Of a stretch of DNA of 11,586 bases, positions 7,492-11,586 are shown in pieces. Position numbers and translations under genes: made by a program. Where the stretch lies: the NCBI RefSeq assembly GCF_006345805.1, contig NW_021826965.1, forward strand, positions 1-11,586, read 5' to 3'. A model generated the notes under the pieces. The model was not told the DNA's origin, ran no database searches, and saw nothing but the letters and a program-made list of their open reading frames with translations. Every line of letters starts with the position of its first letter. Positions within the stretch are counted from its first letter, which is position 1. Source of the DNA: Octopus sinensis. Lineage: Eukaryota.

Positions 7492-8504
7492 CAGGTTGAA
7501 GAAAATGCGCCAACTGCTGCTGCAAAGAAAATAAAATTAATTGCAAAGACAAAAGCACGTGAAAAATTAGCTAGCAGATGGGAACAGAATCCTCTGCATG
7601 GCAAGTATGTGGCCCGTAGCAAACAAGCTGATGTCGACCAGAAACACATTCATCAATGTTTACGAAGCTCAGGGCTAAAAGCAGAAAGTGAAGGTTTCAT
7701 ATTAGCTACTGAAGACCAAAGCTTATTAACCCGGAACTACCAAGCCAATATGATAAAAAATGGAGCTGACTCAAAATACCGATTCTGTAACGATGAGATT
7801 GAAACAATAGACCACCTAATCTCCGGGTGTAGAGTCTTAGCACCTGCAGAATATAAAGCAAGACATGGCAGAGTCGGCCAGTATTTACATTGAACAATAT
7901 GTCGGTATTATAAAATCAAAACCGCTGACAAATGGTATAAACACCATCCTGAAGCTGTGACTGAGGGAGAAAATGTGTCGATTCTATGGGACTTCCCCGT
8001 GCAGAACGACAGGACTATAAAAACTAAAAACCGGATATTATTATAAAAGATCAGACAAAAAGATGTGTTTATTAATGACATGAGTATTCCTTGCGATCAC
8101 AATATATGTGCGAAAGAATTTGACAAGATCAGTAAATATAAAGACTTGCTAATAGAAATTGAAAAAATGTGGCATCCCAAGGCGACTACAGTACCAGTGA
8201 CAGTAGGATCTCTAGGAATGATAAAAAAAGGTACTGAAACCTATTTGAAAATGATACCAGGCTTCCTAGAGGAAGTGCAAAAATCGTGTTAACTGGAACG
8301 GCTCATGTACTGAGAAGAGCATTATCGCTGTGAAAACAACATCCATTCATGAATTTATCTATATATTATTTTTTTAAATACATATTTTACCTGTGAATTT
8401 GCGTGTGTAATCTGGGAATGCATACAATGAGCTTCTCTACCCTAGTTGTACGGAAAACAGTCGGCGGGAAACGAAAGAAAATTTGAAGAAAGAAGGGAAA
8501 ACAT
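7492..8504 (+). mobile_element. 5'-truncated R4/Dong-clade retrotransposon, copy B (more decayed)
   Basis: Colinear with 6422-7437 at roughly 93-95% identity by eye. CRFC>YRFC, W>stop at 7891-7893, frameshifts near 8030-8075, same 3' UTR ending aaaacat. Confidence 0.92.
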
Positions 8505-8536
8505 GATGATGATGATGATGTGATGATGATGATGAT
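8503..8536 (+). repeat. (GAT)n / (TCA)n tract between two convergent element 3' ends
   Basis: Direct reading. Confidence 0.95.
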
Positions 8537-8654
8537 TTCCTTTATTTGCCACAAGGGCGAAGGATGAGGGGGACAATGCAAAGACTGTCATAAAATGTGA
8601 TAGTTTACATATATATATAATAAAATTATTTAAAAAAAACGAATCAAGAAAGAA

Positions 8655-8712
8655 GAGAAGGTGGAGGAGGAGGGGAGAAGGTGGAGGAGGAGGGAGAGAA
8701 GGTGGAGGAGTA
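8655..8712 (+). repeat. Three ~20-bp units GAGAAGGTGGAGGAG(GAGG)
   Basis: Direct reading. Confidence 0.85.
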
Positions 8713-9123
8713 AGATAGAAATACAAACAGAAATCAGGTGAACGATGCAGTATTGGGTGCAATTCTGGTAGGGATGAGGATGTGTGAGGAGGGTAAGTAT
8801 TTTTGAATCTATGATTGATGTAAAATGGAAGATGGAGATAACGAAGAATAAAAATAATTCTGTAGAGTAGAAACGAGTAAATGTTAGAAAAAATGGTTTG
8901 AGGATGAAAGGAAGAATGGCAGATGGAAGAGGTATCGTAGTGTGTGATTAAAAGGTTAGACGGTTAAGGAATAGAAATGTTAAAAACAAAAACAAAAAAA
9001 ATCAGTTAAGAAAGAGCATAAGTTTTGACAGCACTGGTTGGGGCTGATGAGGGGTTTGTGTTTGATATAAATAGGGAATTGTGTGAGGAAAAAGTATAAC
9101 GGAACAAAGATTAGAGGATGCTG

Positions 9124-9146
9124 CAGCAGTAGTAGTAGTAGTAGTA

Positions 9147-9181
<35 letters not shown>

Positions 9182-9530
9182 AGAAGGAGAAAAAGAAGAA
9201 GAAGAAGAAGAAGAAGAAGAAAAAGACGAAGAAGAAGGAGAAGAAGGAGAAAAAGAAGAAGAAGAAGAAGAAAAGAAGAAAAAGTAGGAGGAGAAGAAAA
9301 GTAGAAGGAGGAGAAGAAGAAGAAGAAGAAAAGAAGAAAAAGTAGAAGAAGGAGAAGAAAAGTAGAAGAAGGAGGAGAAGGAGAAGAAGAAGAAGAAGAA
9401 GAGGAAGAAGAAGAAAAGAAGAAGAAGAAGAAGAAGAAGGAGAAGAAAAGTAGAAGAAGGAGGAGGAGGAGAAGAAGAAGAAGAAGAAGAAGAAGAAGAA
9501 GAAGAAGAAGAAGAAGAAGAAGAAGAAGAA
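9124..9530 (+). repeat. Compound (GCA)/(GTA)n then long (GAA/GGA)n polypurine array
   Basis: Direct reading; interrupted by a recurring AAAAGTAG unit. Source of the poly-Arg/Leu/Phe/Ser ORFs. Confidence 0.97.
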
Positions 9531-10271
9531 GGGAATAAGATAAGAAAGGTGAGAAGAGAAGAAACGGAAGAATACGCAAGGGAAAGAAGCCGAAGGTAAA
9601 ACAAAAGTAAGATATTTTAAGATAAGATGAGGAAATACTGAAGAACGGGAGAAATTTAAGGTCGAAGTAGTTGGAGGAAAGAATAAAGAAATTTTGAAGA
9701 ATGAAAGCAAAAAAGAAAAATGTTTCAAAATAAGGAATATTTGTAAAAGTAGTGAAGATAAATAGAAAAAAAACATTAACGCTGTGAAGTAAAGGAAGAA
9801 GGAACTGGGAGGGAATCAAAAACGCATTGAAGTGCAGAGAGCTGCCGGTAAAAATGGGGCAGAGTTGCATGTTTACAAATGTATCGAAAAACAAAACAGT
9901 AATGATAATAATCGATGATAACTGCAGAGATGATAAATAAATATTATAATTAAGGCATACTGAAATTGCCTTCCGATAACAAATACATTTCCCCGGGCCC
10001 TGATTACATACCGAATTATTATGAAGTCAATAAACAACCTACGATATCATTTTTTTCTCATAGTTTTTTTTTTTAATGTTTGTTAACATTCATTGCTTAA
10101 CTTCTCGCTTGCATTGCCCAAAGGATTTTTTCAAACATATTAATCATTTACACACATTTGCCCCCAGGAAAAATTACGAATCTATCGAAAAAGGAAAGCG
10201 TGTAAGGAAATGTATACACGAAATGCTACAAGGGCTAAATCATAAATTTGTAATACGATATATTTATATAT

Positions 10272-10385
10272 ATGGAAAAAAAGTCAAGATAGAAAATGCT
10301 AAAATAATTTTATAAAAACCATTTCATTACCGTTTTCAGTCATTGAGACTTTTTCAACTGTGACAATTAAACAATAAATTTAGAA
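10272..10385 (+). repeat. ~110-bp dispersed repeat, copy 1
   Basis: atggaaaa.aaagtcaagatagaaa...gtcatt.agactttttcaactgt.acaat...ttagaa; about 80% identical by eye to 11010-11119. Confidence 0.85.
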
Positions 10386-10444
10386 CACTTTAAAAGAAAA
10401 TTTTTTTAAAAGAGTATATGTATAGTGTTCAAATACAAGTGGCA

Positions 10445-10479
10445 TTTTCCTTGTTCCTACCAGTATATATATATATATG

Positions 10480-10512
<33 letters not shown>

Positions 10513-10531
10513 GGGCGTGTGTGTGTCTATA

Positions 10532-10563
<32 letters not shown>

Positions 10564-10582
10564 TCAGAGAGAGAGAGAGAGA
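10445..10582. repeat. Compound (TA)n/(TG)n/(TA)n/(GA)n microsatellite (from ~10464)
   Basis: Direct reading. Confidence 0.9.
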
Positions 10583-10793
10583 CTCGTATAGGGTACAATT
10601 ATACTAAAGAGTACAGAAGCTATCATGCTTATACGCTGAAAGAAGACGCCGAATGCATCCAACCACTTCGAATATTCACTCCACATACACACGCAGGTTG
10701 AAAGCCGGAAAGCAGACTGACTAAAATTTCATAAAATGATTCAGGTTGGTCTGGATTGACCAATTTCTGGATTAGTTTGATAACAAATACCGG

Positions 10794-10930
10794 TTGCTCC
10801 CCAACCACATGGTATCGGGTACAGTTCCACTGTATGGCACCTTCGGCAAGTGTCTTCTACTATAGCCTCGGGCCGACCGAATTTTGTGAATGGATTTTTG
10901 GAAGATGAAAACTGAAAGAAGCGCGTCGTA

Positions 10931-10969
<39 letters not shown>

Positions 10970-11340
10970 ATATATATATCTATTAATATATATATATAAT
11001 ATATATATAATGGAAAATAAAGTCAAGATAGAAAGGCCTAAAATATTTTATACAAACATTTCAGTAACGGTTCGTCATTCAGACTTTTTCAACTGTAACA
11101 ATATACAATTATATTAGAAAAATATAGAATATATATATATTATATATATTATGTATGTTATATATGTGTGTGCGTGTTTGTCCCCCGCCCCATCGCTTGA
11201 CAACCGATGTCGATATCTTTACGTTCCCGTAACTTAGCGGTATAAGTACTAGGGCTGATTTGTCCGATTGAAGGTGGTGCTCCAGCATGGCCGCAGTCAA
11301 ATGACTGAAACCAGTAAAAGAATCAAAGAATAAAAGAATA
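10794..11340 (+). mobile_element. tRNA/CORE-like SINE (family 2), 5'-clipped, with a foreign insert in its internal (TA)n
   Basis: 5' half 10794-10930 (aaccacatgg..ggcaccttcggcaagtgtcttctactatagcctcgggccgacc..aactgaaagaagcgcgtcgta) and 3' half 11176-11340 (catcgcttgacaaccgatg..gtaacttagcgg..ctccagcatggccgcagtcaaatgactgaaac) match the reverse complement of 5418-5812. Tail of three TAAAAGAA-like units. Confidence 0.88.
11010..11119 (+). repeat. ~110-bp dispersed repeat, copy 2, embedded in (TA)n inside the SINE
   Basis: Aligns to 10272-10385; TA runs on both sides. Confidence 0.85.
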
Positions 11341-11586
11341 TGTGCAAACACTGAAGCAACACACATATGTAGGTCACTCTACTCAAGTGATTGAGCGAAT
11401 TCCCATAAATGTTGTGCTTTTTCTGTCCGTTTTGTAATTAAGAAATCTTATCATTCGTGGAAAGGGCAAGGAGTTGGTGAAATATAATTAGTGTGTTTCG
11501 CAAAATATAAACTCTGATCTCTAAATAAACGCAGGCATAGACAACCACGCACACACCCAAACAGAGAAACACACGCACAGACACAC

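Larger units (their letters stand above)
8536..9899 (-). mobile_element. Unclassified minus-strand pyrimidine-rich element (probable retroelement remnant) with the shared 3' tail
   Basis: Its 3' end (8576->8536) reads ttgtccccctcatccttcgcccttgtggcaaataaaggaaa then (TCA)n, matching the LINE/SINE tail. The body is strongly C/T-rich on the minus strand. No confident protein motif; the 5' boundary is a guess based on the degenerate aatgataataatcgatgata at 9901-9920. Confidence 0.45.

Noticed and set aside
7378-7893. 171-aa ORF with poly-Asn fused to retroelement sequence
   Set aside because: Accidental in-frame join of copy A 3' UTR, (AAT)18 and copy B; GTG start directly after a stop, and a premature stop at 7891.
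8985-9100. Minus-strand KHKPLISPNQCCQNLC as a decayed zinc finger
   Set aside because: Cys/His spacing does not fit C-x2-C-x8-H-x4-C; too weak to classify the element.
8980-9894. Long poly-Leu/Phe/Ser/Arg ORFs (304, 200, 221, 73 aa)
   Set aside because: Stop-free frames arise from the GAA/TTC array; no recognisable domain.
10591-10697. Open frame GYNYTKEYRSYHAYTLKEDAECIQPLRIFTPHTHA as an exon
   Set aside because: The acceptor is preceded by a purine (GA)n tract, the donor is weak, and no homology is recognised.

Overview
AT-rich, microsatellite-dense eukaryotic non-coding DNA, almost certainly cephalopod (Octopus-like, judged from recalled SINE sequences), with no intact host gene. It contains: (i) a tRNA-headed SINE family, present as a decayed + copy (21-177) and a minus-strand head-plus-two-headless trimer bracketed by a 14-bp target-site duplication (184-810); (ii) a decayed, internally deleted CR1-clade LINE (~1840-3030); (iii) three copies of a second tRNA/CORE-like SINE with an internal microsatellite; (iv) a 5'-truncated L1/Tx1-clade LINE sitting inside a (TCTA)n tract (4213-5282); (v) two tandem 5'-truncated R4/Dong-clade RLE retrotransposons at (TAA)n tracts (6254-8504); (vi) an unclassified minus-strand pyrimidine-rich element ending at 8536. 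The most striking observation is a ~41-nt 3' tail (TTGTCCC-N11-GCCCT(G)TGTGG-..-ATAAAG(G)AAA, with a small stem-loop) shared by the Tx1-like LINE, the tandem SINE and the unclassified element. This suggests a stringent LINE/SINE partner system in an L1/Tx1-clade lineage whose members occupy different microsatellites. Nearly all ORFs in the supplied track other than retroelement remnants are repeat artefacts.
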